From Longimicrobiales bacterium (lineage in GTDB: Bacteria; Gemmatimonadota; Gemmatimonadetes; Longimicrobiales; Gaopeijiaceae), in NCBI GenBank assembly GCA_965203485.1, contig OZ241892.1, positions 2,560,001-2,624,000 of the forward strand: a stretch of DNA of 64,000 nt. Direction: 5' to 3'. The first letter of the stretch is position 1. Each line of letters starts with the position of its first letter. Below are positions 42,912-53,355 of this stretch, piece by piece. The notes below the pieces were generated by a model. It ran no database searches and was not told where the DNA came from. It worked only from the letters and a program-made list of their open reading frames with translations. The translations under genes were made by a program, and so were the position numbers.

Positions 42912-43537
42912 GGGCCGGACCCGGGCGAACCGATCCGCACGTCGCGCATCGGCGAGTCGGCGACCAACTCCGACTGGCCGGCGGCGTGTCCGTTCATCTT
43001 GAGGACGTAGGCCACGACGTCCAGGTAGACCTGCTCTTCCAGTCCGCCCGGATTGTTGTCGGGCATCGTGGAGCGCACGGTGCGGAAGAACGAATAGACG
43101 GTGCGGCGTCCCCAGTTCGACCGGAAGGCCGTCCCGCGGAACTCGCCCGTGGCGTGGCACTCGGAGCAGGTCTCCTCGAAGACCCGGCGTCCGCGGGTCG
43201 CTTGCGGCTCCGAATAGATGGCGGGTACGGAGGGCGCTGCCGCCTCGCCGGCGGCGGCGGGCCGCACTGCGGCCGCCTCGGAGTCGGCCCTGCGCTCGGA
43301 GCCGGCCCCGTCGGCGGCGACGGCCTCGTCGCCATCCCCGCCGCCTTCGTCCGAGGCCGTCCCGGCCGCGCCCACCGCTCCCGTCGAGCCGGGGGCGGCT
43401 ACGGGTCCCGCGGACGCGCAGGCCGCCGACCAGACGGCCAGCGCACCCAACGCGGCCGCCAAGCCGCGCGACGGCCGTCGTCGAGGCGGCCGCCGGCCGT
43501 TCCGGCGAGTCGCCCTTTCGAGGTCCGCGCCCGTCAT
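42908..43537 (-). CDS. Monoheme cytochrome c, probable lipoprotein
   Basis: SAAC lipobox-like, YSEPQATRG, CSECH, TMP, VVAYVLKMNG. Confidence 0.88.
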   Translation of the reverse strand: MTGADLERATRRNGRRPPRRRPSRGLAAALGALAVWSAACASAGPVAAPGSTGAVGAAGTASDEGGGDGDEAVAADGAGSERRADSEAAAVRPAAAGEAAAPSVPAIYSEPQATRGRRVFEETCSECHATGEFRGTAFRSNWGRRTVYSFFRTVRSTMPDNNPGGLEEQVYLDVVAYVLKMNGHAAGQSELVADSPMRDVRIGSPGSGP

Positions 43538-43629
43538 GGCTATGTTCCTTTCCCGCCGAACCGAGTATTATGGCGGCCGTCAGTTGCCAGCCGGTCCGTT
43601 CGCGTCCCCAATATACAGATGGAGTCGGC

Positions 43630-44649
43630 ATGATGCGCAGGCGAGTTCTTGCCCTTCTGGCCGTCGGCGTGCTGGCCAGCCACGCATGCGAATCCAAGAT
43701 GGTCGCGCTGGGCGACTACACCAGCATCATCGTCACGGCGTCGCCGGACCTCTGGGCCGAGGCGGAGCGGCCCGTCACGGAGGCCCTGGAGCGGACCACG
43801 TTCACGGTGCGCGAAGAGAAGACGTTCACGGTCACGCACCGCGACCCGTCGGACTCCGCCGCCTGGGAGCTCCGCCTGCTCAAGCAGCAGCTGGTGATCG
43901 GCACGCCCGACGACCCGTGGGTCCAGGCGGCGCTGTCGCGGAAGCAACTCGGCTCGTTGCCGAGGGTCGTCCTGGAGTCGAACGTGTGGGCGCGCCAGCA
44001 GGCCGTGACCGTGGTCGTGCTGGACGAGCCGCGGGCCGAGTCGCTGACGGGGCTTCTGCCGGATCTGGCGGCGCACTTCGACGAGTCCTACCGGAAGTGG
44101 GTGGCGCAACGCATGTTCGCGTCGGGCGCCAACACGGAGTTGGCAAGTTCGCTGATGGAGGACGCGGGATTCTCGCTGCTCCTGCCCAAGGTGTACGAGC
44201 ACACCGTCCGCGACTCGGTGCACGTGTTCCGCAACGACAACCCCGATCCGTCGGAGCTGATTCGCCAAATCGCGGTCACGTGGTGGGACCACGTGCCCAA
44301 GGAGACGTTGCGGGGCGAAGACCTGCTCGACTGGAGGGCCGAGATCGTCGAGGACTACTACAGCTATCCGCAGGTCGTGAAGGGCGGCGCACTCGACGGC
44401 GGGCCGGACGAGTTCCACGGCAGGCCGTCGTACCGAGTGCAAGGCGTGTGGGAGAATCCGCCCGGCGACGACTTTCCGGCCGGCGGGCCGTTCGTCCTGA
44501 GGGCGATCGCCTGCTTCGGTCCGCAGATGGTCTCGAACCGTCTCTACCTCGTGGACGCTTGGCTGTACGCGCCGGGCAAGGAAAAGTACGCGTACATGAT
44601 ACAGCTGGAGAACATACTGGACTCCTTTTCGTGCGCTCAGTCGCCGTAG
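43630..44649 (+). CDS. DUF4837-like lipoprotein
   Basis: SHAC lipobox-like, NVWARQQAV, GVWE..AGGPF, D.WLYAPG.EKY.YMIQLE.I. Confidence 0.6.
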   Translation: MMRRRVLALLAVGVLASHACESKMVALGDYTSIIVTASPDLWAEAERPVTEALERTTFTVREEKTFTVTHRDPSDSAAWELRLLKQQLVIGTPDDPWVQAALSRKQLGSLPRVVLESNVWARQQAVTVVVLDEPRAESLTGLLPDLAAHFDESYRKWVAQRMFASGANTELASSLMEDAGFSLLLPKVYEHTVRDSVHVFRNDNPDPSELIRQIAVTWWDHVPKETLRGEDLLDWRAEIVEDYYSYPQVVKGGALDGGPDEFHGRPSYRVQGVWENPPGDDFPAGGPFVLRAIACFGPQMVSNRLYLVDAWLYAPGKEKYAYMIQLENILDSFSCAQSP

Positions 44650-44786
44650 GGGCGCAGTCGCCCGGGACGGCGCCCGCGCTTCCAGGAGTCCAGCTGGAGG
44701 CGTTCGGCCGCATTCGGCCGTCCCGCGGCGCCGGGGTGTTCGGTGACGCCGGCCCTCCACGCCCGCGCTTGTAAGAGGGACAGCCC

Positions 44787-47700
44787 TTGTCGTTCGTTCA
44801 TCTGCATGCCCATTCGGAGTACTCTCTGCTGGACGGCGCAAACCGAATCGCCGACTTGGTGCGCAAGGCGAAGCGGTTCGAGATGCCCGCGGTAGCGCTC
44901 ACGGACCACGGTTGCTTGTACGGCGCCTGGGCGTTTCACAGGCAGGCGCGACGCGAAGGCGTGAAGCCGGTGATCGGAATGGAAGCCTACGTGGCCACGG
45001 GCGACCGCCGCGACAGGACTCCCGCGCCGTCGGGACCGGTCAGGTCCTATCACTTGGTGCTGCTGGCGCGAGACCACACCGGCTACAAGAACTTGGTCAA
45101 GCTTTCGTCGATCGGGTACACGGAGGGATTCTACTACAAGCCGCGCGTGGACCGGGAGACGCTGGCGCGGCATTCGGACGGACTCGTCGTCACGTCGGCG
45201 TGCATGGCCGGCGAAGTGTGCAGGCACCTGGCCGCAGGCGCGCGCGACGCGGCCCGGGAGACGGCGGAGTGGTACGCTGAAGTGTTTCGCGACCGCTACT
45301 ACCTGGAGGTCCAGGCGCACGGCACGGAAGGCCAAGCGGAACTCAACGAACAGGTGTTCGAGCTGGCCGACGAGCTGGGGTTGCCGGTCGTGGCCACGAA
45401 CGACGCGCACTTCCTGGAGCCCGGGCATCATGCGGCGCACGACGTTCTCGTGTGCATCGGCACCGCCAAGAACCGCGACGACGCCGACCGCCTCTCGTAC
45501 GACGACGGCCTCTACTTCAAGTCGCCCGACGAAATGGCCGCCGCGTTCGCGGAGCGCCCGGACGCAATCGCCAACACGCTCAAGATCGCGGACGAGGTCG
45601 GCTTGGCGCTGGAGAAGCAGACGCACTTGCCCACGTTCCCGCTGCCCAAGCGCTTCAAGGACGACGCGGCGTACTTGGTTCACTTGGCCGAGCGGGGGGC
45701 GCGGGAGCGCTACGGCGAAACGTTGCCGAAACACGTCCAAGGGCGGCTCGAGTACGAACTCGACGTAATCGCCAAGACGGGCTACGCCGGCTACTTCCTC
45801 ATCACTTGGGACTTCATCCGCTGGGCGCGGGAGAAGCAGATACCGGTCGGGCCCGGACGCGGCTCGGCGGCGGGCTCGCTCGTGTCGTACTCGTTGCGCA
45901 TCACGGACGTCGATCCGCTCGAGCACGACCTGCTGTTCGAGCGGTTCCTGAACCCGGAACGGATTTCGATGCCGGACATCGACATCGACTTCTGCTACGA
46001 ACGACGGGGCGAGGTGATCGAGTACGTGCGCCAAAAGTACGGACGGGACGCGGTCGGCCAGATCGTCACGTTCGGGACGCTGAAGAGCCGGGCGGCGGTC
46101 AAGGACGTCGGACGCGTGCTGGGGTTCTCGGCGGGCGAGACCGACCGCATCGCCAAGATGATTCCCAACCAGCCGGGCAAGAGCTACACGGTGGCCGAGG
46201 CAGTGGCGCAGATCCGAGGCGTCAAGGAGCTGTACGACTCGGACGAGCGGCACCGCAGGCTCTTCGACTACGCGACGACGCTGGAGGGCCTGTCGCGCCA
46301 CGCGTCGGTCCATGCCGCGGGCGTCGTGATCGCTCCGGGGCCGCTGCAGGACTACGTGCCGGTGTGCACGCAGGCGAGGGGCGTCCGCAACGGCTCGGTC
46401 TCCGACCAGGCGAACAGGAACCAGGACGTCGTCACGCAGTACGACATGGGCTGCCTGGAAGACGCCGGGATGCTCAAGATGGACTTCCTGGGACTCAAGA
46501 CGCTCACCGTGGTGTGCGACGCCGTGCGCAGCGTGCGGGCGCGCGTCGGCGAGTTCCGTCATCCCGCCGGCGGCGACGCCTACGAGTCCGACGCCATGGA
46601 CGACGTGCCGCTGGACGACCCGGCGGTCTACGAGATGCTCGCGCAAGGACGCACTTCGGGCGTCTTCCAGTTCGAGTCCAGCTTGGCGGCCGACAAGCTG
46701 CGCGCCATGCGTTGCGACCGCTTCGACGACCTCGTGGCCACCAATGCCCTTATCCGTCCCGGACCGCTCGACTCGGGCATGACGGAACGCTATGTCAGGC
46801 GCAAGCTGGGCGACGAACCGGTGGCCTATCCGGCGCCCGAATTGGAAGGCGTGCTCGAGTCGACGTTCGGCATCATCGTCTATCAGGAGCAGGTGATGCG
46901 CATAGCCAGCGAGTTGGCCGGCTATTCGCTGGCCGAGGCGGACGTGCTGCGCAAGGCCATGGGCAAGAAGGACGCGGAGCTGATCCGCGCCGAACTCGCC
47001 CGCTTCCAGGACCGCGCCGTGAAGCGGGGGCTGGCCAAGCGCGCGGCCAGGGCGCTGGCGAAGCAGATCGAGACGTTCGGGCGCTACGGCTTCAACAAGG
47101 CGCACTCGGTGGCCTATTCGCTACTGTCGTACCAGACGGCGTGGCTCAAGCGTCACTATCCGGCCGACTTCATGGCGGCGCTACTTTCGTCCGTGGTGGA
47201 CAAGACGGACGACGTCGTGAAGTACATCGGCGAGTGCAAGGCAATGGGCATCGACGTGCTGCCGCCGGACGTGAACGAGTGCGGATGGAAGTTCACGTCG
47301 ATCCGCGAGGACGCGATTCGCTTCGGCTTGGGCGCGGTGAAGGGCCTGGGCGCCTCGGCCGTCGAGTCGATCCTGCAGGCGCGGGCGGAAAGCGGGGCGT
47401 TTCGAAGCCTCTACGACCTGCTGGAGCGCGTCGACGTGCAGGCGCTGAACAGGCGGGCGTGCGAAGCGCTGATCGCTTCGGGGGCGCTCGATTCGCTGGG
47501 AGGCCGAGCGCAGCTGGACGGTGCGCTGGAGGCGGCCCTGGCCGACGCGAATGCGAAGGCGAGGGCGGCGGAGCTGGGACAGGGCACGCTCTTCGGCGGC
47601 GGAGCGGCGGGCGAGGCGGCGGCGGGCGACGCCCTCCCGACGGTGCCGGACTGGGAAGAGCGGGAGCGGCTGGCGCGCGAGAAGGAGGTGCTGGGGTTCT

Positions 47701-48308
47701 ACATCTCGGGCCACCCGCTGGACCGGCACGGGGACGTGGCGAGGGTCTTCGACGACCTGGGCAGGAAGCCCCTCCGGGACCGGACCGGCGCCACCGTGCA
47801 GATCGCATGCGTCGTCACGTCGGTCGCGCCGCAGGTCTCGCGGCGGGACGGCTCGGCGTGGGCGAAGGTCGGAGTCGAGACCTTCAACGGCGCCGCCGCC
47901 GTGCTCGCGTTCGGCGAGGCGTGGCAACAGCACCGCGAGGTCGTCGTGCCGGACGCCGTGCTCCTGCTCCGGGGCAAGGTGAGCGACAGGGAGCGCGACG
48001 AGGGCGACCCGCCGGTGTTCCTCGACGCGGCCGAGCGTCTTGCAGACGTGCCGGGCACCGGCCGCTTGGCCGTGCGCATCGACCTGCCCGGCGATTCCCG
48101 GCTGGACGCCGACGCCTTCGCGCGGGTCCGCGCGCTCGTGGAGTCCCGGCGGGGCCGCGACCACTTGGAGGTCGCCGTCCGCGACGCCAACGGGGAGTCC
48201 CCGAAGCGGCTCCGCTCGCGCTCCCTAGGCGTGACCGCAGACCCCGCGATCGTTCACGCGCTCGACGATATACTGGGAGAGGGAAGGACGACCCTCGCGA
48301 GGGCGTGA
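44787..48308 (+). CDS. dnaE: DNA polymerase III alpha subunit
   Basis: FVHLHAHSEYSLLDG, GPGRGSAAGS, MPDIDID, KMDFLGL, YGFNKAHS. Confidence 0.98.
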   Translation: MSFVHLHAHSEYSLLDGANRIADLVRKAKRFEMPAVALTDHGCLYGAWAFHRQARREGVKPVIGMEAYVATGDRRDRTPAPSGPVRSYHLVLLARDHTGYKNLVKLSSIGYTEGFYYKPRVDRETLARHSDGLVVTSACMAGEVCRHLAAGARDAARETAEWYAEVFRDRYYLEVQAHGTEGQAELNEQVFELADELGLPVVATNDAHFLEPGHHAAHDVLVCIGTAKNRDDADRLSYDDGLYFKSPDEMAAAFAERPDAIANTLKIADEVGLALEKQTHLPTFPLPKRFKDDAAYLVHLAERGARERYGETLPKHVQGRLEYELDVIAKTGYAGYFLITWDFIRWAREKQIPVGPGRGSAAGSLVSYSLRITDVDPLEHDLLFERFLNPERISMPDIDIDFCYERRGEVIEYVRQKYGRDAVGQIVTFGTLKSRAAVKDVGRVLGFSAGETDRIAKMIPNQPGKSYTVAEAVAQIRGVKELYDSDERHRRLFDYATTLEGLSRHASVHAAGVVIAPGPLQDYVPVCTQARGVRNGSVSDQANRNQDVVTQYDMGCLEDAGMLKMDFLGLKTLTVVCDAVRSVRARVGEFRHPAGGDAYESDAMDDVPLDDPAVYEMLAQGRTSGVFQFESSLAADKLRAMRCDRFDDLVATNALIRPGPLDSGMTERYVRRKLGDEPVAYPAPELEGVLESTFGIIVYQEQVMRIASELAGYSLAEADVLRKAMGKKDAELIRAELARFQDRAVKRGLAKRAARALAKQIETFGRYGFNKAHSVAYSLLSYQTAWLKRHYPADFMAALLSSVVDKTDDVVKYIGECKAMGIDVLPPDVNECGWKFTSIREDAIRFGLGAVKGLGASAVESILQARAESGAFRSLYDLLERVDVQALNRRACEALIASGALDSLGGRAQLDGALEAALADANAKARAAELGQGTLFGGGAAGEAAAGDALPTVPDWEERERLAREKEVLGFYISGHPLDRHGDVARVFDDLGRKPLRDRTGATVQIACVVTSVAPQVSRRDGSAWAKVGVETFNGAAAVLAFGEAWQQHREVVVPDAVLLLRGKVSDRERDEGDPPVFLDAAERLADVPGTGRLAVRIDLPGDSRLDADAFARVRALVESRRGRDHLEVAVRDANGESPKRLRSRSLGVTADPAIVHALDDILGEGRTTLARA

Positions 48309-48338
48309 GAACGGCGGGGCGCGCCGGGACGCCGCCGA

Positions 48339-48830
48339 CTATCCTCCCTGCCGCCGGCGCGCATTGCGGGCGAGCATCTCCGCCAGCTTCTCGCGCTGGG
48401 CCTCGTCGAGGACCTCGTCGATTCCGTCCCTGAGCGCGGCCAGGGCGGGCGCCAAGTCCCGCGCCGGATTGCCGTACTTCTCGCTCCAGCGACGACGCGC
48501 CTCGGCGATCGCGGCGCGGTCCCGGCCGGCCATGGCCTCGCGCATCTCCTCGCGCAAGGCCGAGAACCGCTCCAGAGCGTCGGCGTTGTCGTTGCGGAAC
48601 CCCGCCGCCAGCCTCGCGACGCGTCTCGCTTGCCCCTCGGCGAGCGAAAGGCTGTCGGCGAGCGCGTCGACTCCCCCGGCCAGATGCCGCAGCAGAGTCT
48701 GGCCCTCGGCCATGGCGCGATTCTGCGCCTGCCCGCCCCGCTGGGCGCGCGCGTCGAGCGGAAGGGCAAGGACGGCTGCGAAGCCGACGGCGAGGGCAGG
48801 CGCAGACGAGCGAAGAGCGGGCAAGGACAT
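48339..48830 (-). CDS. Secreted helical protein, Spy/CpxP-like
   Basis: Signal peptide ending ARA-Q; LSLAEGQ and VLDEAQREK (LTxxQ-like); AAGGAG RBS. Confidence 0.6.
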   Translation of the reverse strand: MSLPALRSSAPALAVGFAAVLALPLDARAQRGGQAQNRAMAEGQTLLRHLAGGVDALADSLSLAEGQARRVARLAAGFRNDNADALERFSALREEMREAMAGRDRAAIAEARRRWSEKYGNPARDLAPALAALRDGIDEVLDEAQREKLAEMLARNARRRQGG

Positions 48831-49074
48831 GGCGCACTCCTTTTAAGGGGTGGGGACAACGGCGACACAGAGGCATGGCGCGTCCGTCGAGTCTATGTCC
48901 AAGGCCAGCCCGGGCGCAACACCACGCCGGCCCCCCGATCCGGTCGCGAGCATCCGCCGGCCACGCGGCCGATGCGTCGCGGCATCATGGCGCCGCTCCG
49001 CTTTCGCCGTCGCCTTCGGCGAACATCGGCCAGCCGCCCGCCGATACCGCGGCAAGCCCGCCGTCGCCGTCCGC

Positions 49075-49962
49075 CTACGTCGCGGCAAACCGAGAATCCG
49101 CGAGCCGGGCGGCCCTCTGCCAGAGCCGCGGGGCGCCCAGCTCGGCCGCCGCTTCGCGGAAGACCGGCGACGGCCCGCGCCATTCGAGCTCGCCCACGTC
49201 GCCGAACAGGGCGACGCCGTTGCGGAGCGTGGCCAAGTCGCGGAAGAGGAGGGCGTGGGCCCTGTCCTCCCGAAGGGCGGCCGCCAGGCGGGACGCTCCA
49301 CGCACCTGCACGTCCCATATCCTTGCCCGGCCCGGGATCGCTTCGATCGATCCGTAGCGGCCAAGCACGGCGGCCGCCGACTTCGGCCCCCATCCCGGCA
49401 AGCCCGGGAAGCCGTCCGCGCTGTCCCCGACGAGGGCCAAGTAGTCGGGGATGACGGCCGGCGGCACGCCGAACTTGTCGACCACGCCCTGCTCGTCCCG
49501 AATCGCGCCGGTCCTGCGGTCGAGCTGAACCACTCGCCTGCCCACGACGCATTGGGCGAGGTCCTTGTCGGGCGTGCAGAGATGCACGACGTCCACGCGG
49601 CGGTCGCGCGCGGCCAACGCCGCCCCGGAGGCGAGCCCGTCGTCCGCCTCCAGCTCCTCCATCGGCCAAACCACGATCCCCATCGCTTGGAGCGCGTCCT
49701 CCAGAGGCCCGAACTGCGCCCGCAGCTCCGGTGCGATGCCGGCGCCCGTCTTGTAGTCGGCCCAGAGATCGTTGCGGAAAGACTCGACCACGTGGTCCGT
49801 GGCGACCGCCACGTGCGTGGCGCCCTGCTCCAGCATCGAAAGCATGGAAGCGAGAACCGACCGAACCGCTCCTCTCTCGGCCCCGCTTGCGTCGGCCCGC
49901 CGGGGTGCCCCGTAGAAGTGGCGGAACAGCTCGTACGTGCCGTCGACCAGATGAACGTCCAA
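49075..49962 (-). CDS. 5'-3' exonuclease / flap endonuclease (stand-alone PolI N-terminal type)
   Basis: LVDGTYELFR, EADD, DKD, LVGDSADGFPGLPGWGPKSA. Start uncertain (49962 or 49995). Confidence 0.92.
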   Translation of the reverse strand: MDVHLVDGTYELFRHFYGAPRRADASGAERGAVRSVLASMLSMLEQGATHVAVATDHVVESFRNDLWADYKTGAGIAPELRAQFGPLEDALQAMGIVVWPMEELEADDGLASGAALAARDRRVDVVHLCTPDKDLAQCVVGRRVVQLDRRTGAIRDEQGVVDKFGVPPAVIPDYLALVGDSADGFPGLPGWGPKSAAAVLGRYGSIEAIPGRARIWDVQVRGASRLAAALREDRAHALLFRDLATLRNGVALFGDVGELEWRGPSPVFREAAAELGAPRLWQRAARLADSRFAAT

Positions 49963-50177
49963 CTTGGGCCACGCTCTCCTTTCGGCGGCCACCAACTCGC
50001 CGCAAGCGCAACAGACAACGCAAGGGACATTTCAGGCCCACGAAATCTCAGCCGCCGGCGCGCCGCGGCAAGGCCGCGTTCGCTAGCTTGTCCCCGTCGC
50101 GCCATTGCCTGCAAGCCCAACCCCGACGATCGTGAGCGGCCTGCTCCGCCCGTCCGCCGCCGTCCGCGCCAGCCCCG

Positions 50178-51242
50178 ATGCCCGTCCATCCTCGCCCCGA
50201 ATACGCCCCGTTGCGACGCTACCAGCCGGACCGGTCGCCGGTGGCCGCCGACCTGAGCGACAACCGCAACCACTGGGGCCCGCATCCTGCGGCGGTGGAG
50301 GCCGTGGCAACGGTGCGGGGGGCCATGCTGTCCGAGTATCCGGCTTCCTACGGCGACGAGCTCGCCGGCGCGGCCGCCGCCAAGTGGGAGGTGGCAAGGG
50401 AATCGGTCGTGACGGGGGTCGGCGGCACCGGCGTGCTCGACGTCGCGATGCGCGCGGTGGCCCCGTCGCAGCTCCGCTATCTGGCGCCGGGCTGGCCCGC
50501 GGCGGCGATGCTGGCCCGCATGAACGGTCACGAACCCGTCGCCGTCGATTGGGACGAAGGGCTGGCCGACCCCCAGCGCTTCGCGGGCCGGGCGCCGTGC
50601 GTCGTGTACGTTGTGAACCCCGCCAACCCGACGGGCGAGCGGATGCCGGACGGCTGGGTGGCGGCCGTGCAGGAGGCCGCCGAGCGCGTCGGCAGCGTCA
50701 CGATCGTGGACGAGGCGTACGCCGAGTACGCAGACGGCGGGGAGAGCCGGGAGGGCGTCGATCTGGCGATGTCGGGAGAGCGCGCGCTGTGCGTCAGAAC
50801 GATGTCCAAGGCATACGGTCTCGCGGGCTTGCGGGCCGGCTACGGAATCGGAAGCCCGTCCCTGGCGTTCGAAGTGGACAAGGCGCGCGGACCGTTCGCG
50901 CTGTCCAGCTTGGCCGCGGCCGGAGGCGCCGCGGCCCTCTCCAGCGACTCGCCTTGGCTGGCGGAGACGCTCGCGGACGCTCGCCGCTCGCGGGCGCGCG
51001 TGCGGACGGCCCTCGCGGAGCGCGGCCGGGACGTGCCGCCGTCGCAGGCCAACTTCGTCTTCGTGCCGTGGCCGGAAGACGGGCTGGCGGCCGCCGCCGC
51101 CTCGCTGGAAGCCGCCGGCGTCAGGGTGCGACCCTTCTCTGGGGCGGCGCGGCACACGGGTTTTCGCGTAACCGTGGCGCCGTGGGAGACGATGCGGCGC
51201 TTTCTGGCCGGACTGGACCGCGCGGCCCGGGCGAGCGCTTGA
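50178..51242 (+). CDS. Class I/II PLP aminotransferase, HisC-like
   Basis: DLSDN.N, NPANPTG, IVDEAY, RTMSKAYGLAGLRAGY, SQANFV. Confidence 0.85.
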   Translation: MPVHPRPEYAPLRRYQPDRSPVAADLSDNRNHWGPHPAAVEAVATVRGAMLSEYPASYGDELAGAAAAKWEVARESVVTGVGGTGVLDVAMRAVAPSQLRYLAPGWPAAAMLARMNGHEPVAVDWDEGLADPQRFAGRAPCVVYVVNPANPTGERMPDGWVAAVQEAAERVGSVTIVDEAYAEYADGGESREGVDLAMSGERALCVRTMSKAYGLAGLRAGYGIGSPSLAFEVDKARGPFALSSLAAAGGAAALSSDSPWLAETLADARRSRARVRTALAERGRDVPPSQANFVFVPWPEDGLAAAAASLEAAGVRVRPFSGAARHTGFRVTVAPWETMRRFLAGLDRAARASA

Positions 51243-51368
51243 GGCGGCGGGCCCCGGAGCGCGCAGACCTCCGCACCGAGACCGGCGCGACAGGACCCGG
51301 GGCGCCGTGAGCGACGCCGACGCCGGTCGCGCAGTGCGGGAGGCCGGCGCGACCACAAGCAAGTCGCC

Positions 51369-53165
51369 GTGAGCGGCGCCGGCTCCGCCTACGAGGAGGA
51401 CGTGCTGGGCAAGGCGTACGACGCCCGCCTGATGGCCCGGCTGTTGCGCTATCTGCGCCCCTATGCGCTTCAGGTGGCGGGAGCGGTGCTCCTCCTGATG
51501 CTCGCGTCGGGGCTGGCGGTCGTGGGGCCGTACCTCACCAAGATCGCGCTCGACGAAGCGATCCCGGCGCGCGACTTCGACCAGCTCTTGCGCTTGGCGG
51601 CCGTGTACGCGGCCACCCTTCTGCTGATCTTCGCGTTTCAATACGCTCAAGCGCTCCTGACGACGTGGCTCGGCCAACGGGTCATGCACGATCTCAGAAC
51701 TCAGCTGTTCCGCAAGCTCCAGCAGCTCGACCTGCGCTTCTACGACCGCAACCCGGTCGGGCGTCTCATGACGCGCATCACGTCGGACGTCGAAACGCTG
51801 AACGAGCTGTTCAGCTCCGGCATCGTCACGGTGTTCGGCGACTTGTTCATTCTCTTCTTCATCGTCGCCGCTATGCTGCACATGGACGCCGAACTGGCGC
51901 TGGTGACGTTCAGCGTACTGCCGTTTCTGGGATGGTCGGCGTTCGTGTTCCGGTCGAGCATTCGAAACGCCTACCGCGACATCCGAGTTCGGCTGGCGCG
52001 GATGAACGCGTTCTTGCAGGAGCGGCTGACCGGAATGCGCGTCGTGCAGCTGTTCAACCGAGAAGACGCCGATCACCGGCAGTTCGCAAGGCTCAACGAC
52101 GACTATCTTTCGGCCCACCTGCGCTCGATCACGTACTACGCCTTGTTCTTTCCCGTAGTGCAACTGTTCACGGCGGTGGCCCTGGCCCTGATCGTATGGC
52201 ACGGGGGCGGCGCCGTCGCTCAGGGCGCCGTTACGCTGGGCGTGCTCGCGGCCTTCCTGGACTATGCGCGCCGCTTCTTCCGGCCGATCCAGGACCTCTC
52301 GGACAAGTACAACCTTTTGCAGGGCGCCATGGCTTCGTCCGAGCGCGTGTTCGGCATCCTCGACAAGGAGCCGGCGATCCGCGATCATCCTTCGCCCGTC
52401 GCCTTTCCGTCCGGCGCACCCGGAGAGATCCGCTTCGACCGAGTGTGGTTCGCGTACGACGGCGCCGACGACCCGGAGGAGCCGACATGGGCGGTTCAGG
52501 ACTTGTCGTTCTCGGTGGCGCCCGGCGAGCGGGTGGCGATCGTCGGCCACACCGGAGCCGGCAAGACCACGATCATCAACCTGCTCATGAGGTTCTACGA
52601 GCCGCAGCGCGGAAGCATCGCCGTGGACGGGGTGCCGGTCGACCGGCCGCGCGTCCGCGACTTGCGGGCTCGGGTCGGGCTGGTGCTGCAAGACGTCTTC
52701 TTGTTCAGCCGGTCGGTGGAATACAACGTGCGCCTCGACTCGGCCCCCAACGGCCGCGGGACCGGCGAAGCACTGGCGGCTGTCGGCGCCGATGCCTTCG
52801 TCGAACGCCTGCCCCGCGGCGCGGCGCAACCTCTCGCGGAACGCGGCGCCAACCTGTCCGTCGGCGAGCGGCAACTGCTGTCCTTCGCCCGCGCACTGGC
52901 CTTCGACCCCGACATCCTTGTGCTCGACGAGGCCACGAGTTCGGTCGACTCGCAACTCGAAGCGCGCATCGAAGAAGCCACGGACCGGCTGACCGAGGGC
53001 CGCACTTGCTTGGTCGTCGCCCACCGGCTGTCCACGATCCAGGGCGCCGACCGAATCCTAGTGATGCACAAGGGCCGCCTGGCCGAGCAGGGAACGCACC
53101 GCGAGCTGCTGGCGGCCGGGGGCCTCTACTCCAAGCTTCACGAGCTTCAGTTTTCGCGGCGATGA
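51369..53165 (+). CDS. ABC exporter, fused permease/ATPase (MdlB/MsbA-like)
   Basis: TM domain, GHTGAGKT, LSVGERQ, LDEATS, AHRLST. Confidence 0.95.
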   Translation: MSGAGSAYEEDVLGKAYDARLMARLLRYLRPYALQVAGAVLLLMLASGLAVVGPYLTKIALDEAIPARDFDQLLRLAAVYAATLLLIFAFQYAQALLTTWLGQRVMHDLRTQLFRKLQQLDLRFYDRNPVGRLMTRITSDVETLNELFSSGIVTVFGDLFILFFIVAAMLHMDAELALVTFSVLPFLGWSAFVFRSSIRNAYRDIRVRLARMNAFLQERLTGMRVVQLFNREDADHRQFARLNDDYLSAHLRSITYYALFFPVVQLFTAVALALIVWHGGGAVAQGAVTLGVLAAFLDYARRFFRPIQDLSDKYNLLQGAMASSERVFGILDKEPAIRDHPSPVAFPSGAPGEIRFDRVWFAYDGADDPEEPTWAVQDLSFSVAPGERVAIVGHTGAGKTTIINLLMRFYEPQRGSIAVDGVPVDRPRVRDLRARVGLVLQDVFLFSRSVEYNVRLDSAPNGRGTGEALAAVGADAFVERLPRGAAQPLAERGANLSVGERQLLSFARALAFDPDILVLDEATSSVDSQLEARIEEATDRLTEGRTCLVVAHRLSTIQGADRILVMHKGRLAEQGTHRELLAAGGLYSKLHELQFSRR

Positions 53166-53355
53166 CGCCGGACCCTCCGCCGGACGAGCAGGCGGCCCGG
53201 TCGCGCGAGCGGCGATTCCGACGATGTCCGGTCCGGCGCCGCATCTGCGCCGTGCGCTAGCTTCATGTCGTGGACCGGGCCGCGTGGCCCGCGCGTCGGA
53301 AGGCCGTCCGTGACACGGGCCCTCGCAGGGCCGCACAAACCAGGGAGAAGGAAAA

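Noticed and set aside
50178..51242. Gene symbol hisC
   Set aside because: No other his genes nearby and the CobD/HisC-like paralogues cannot be separated by eye.
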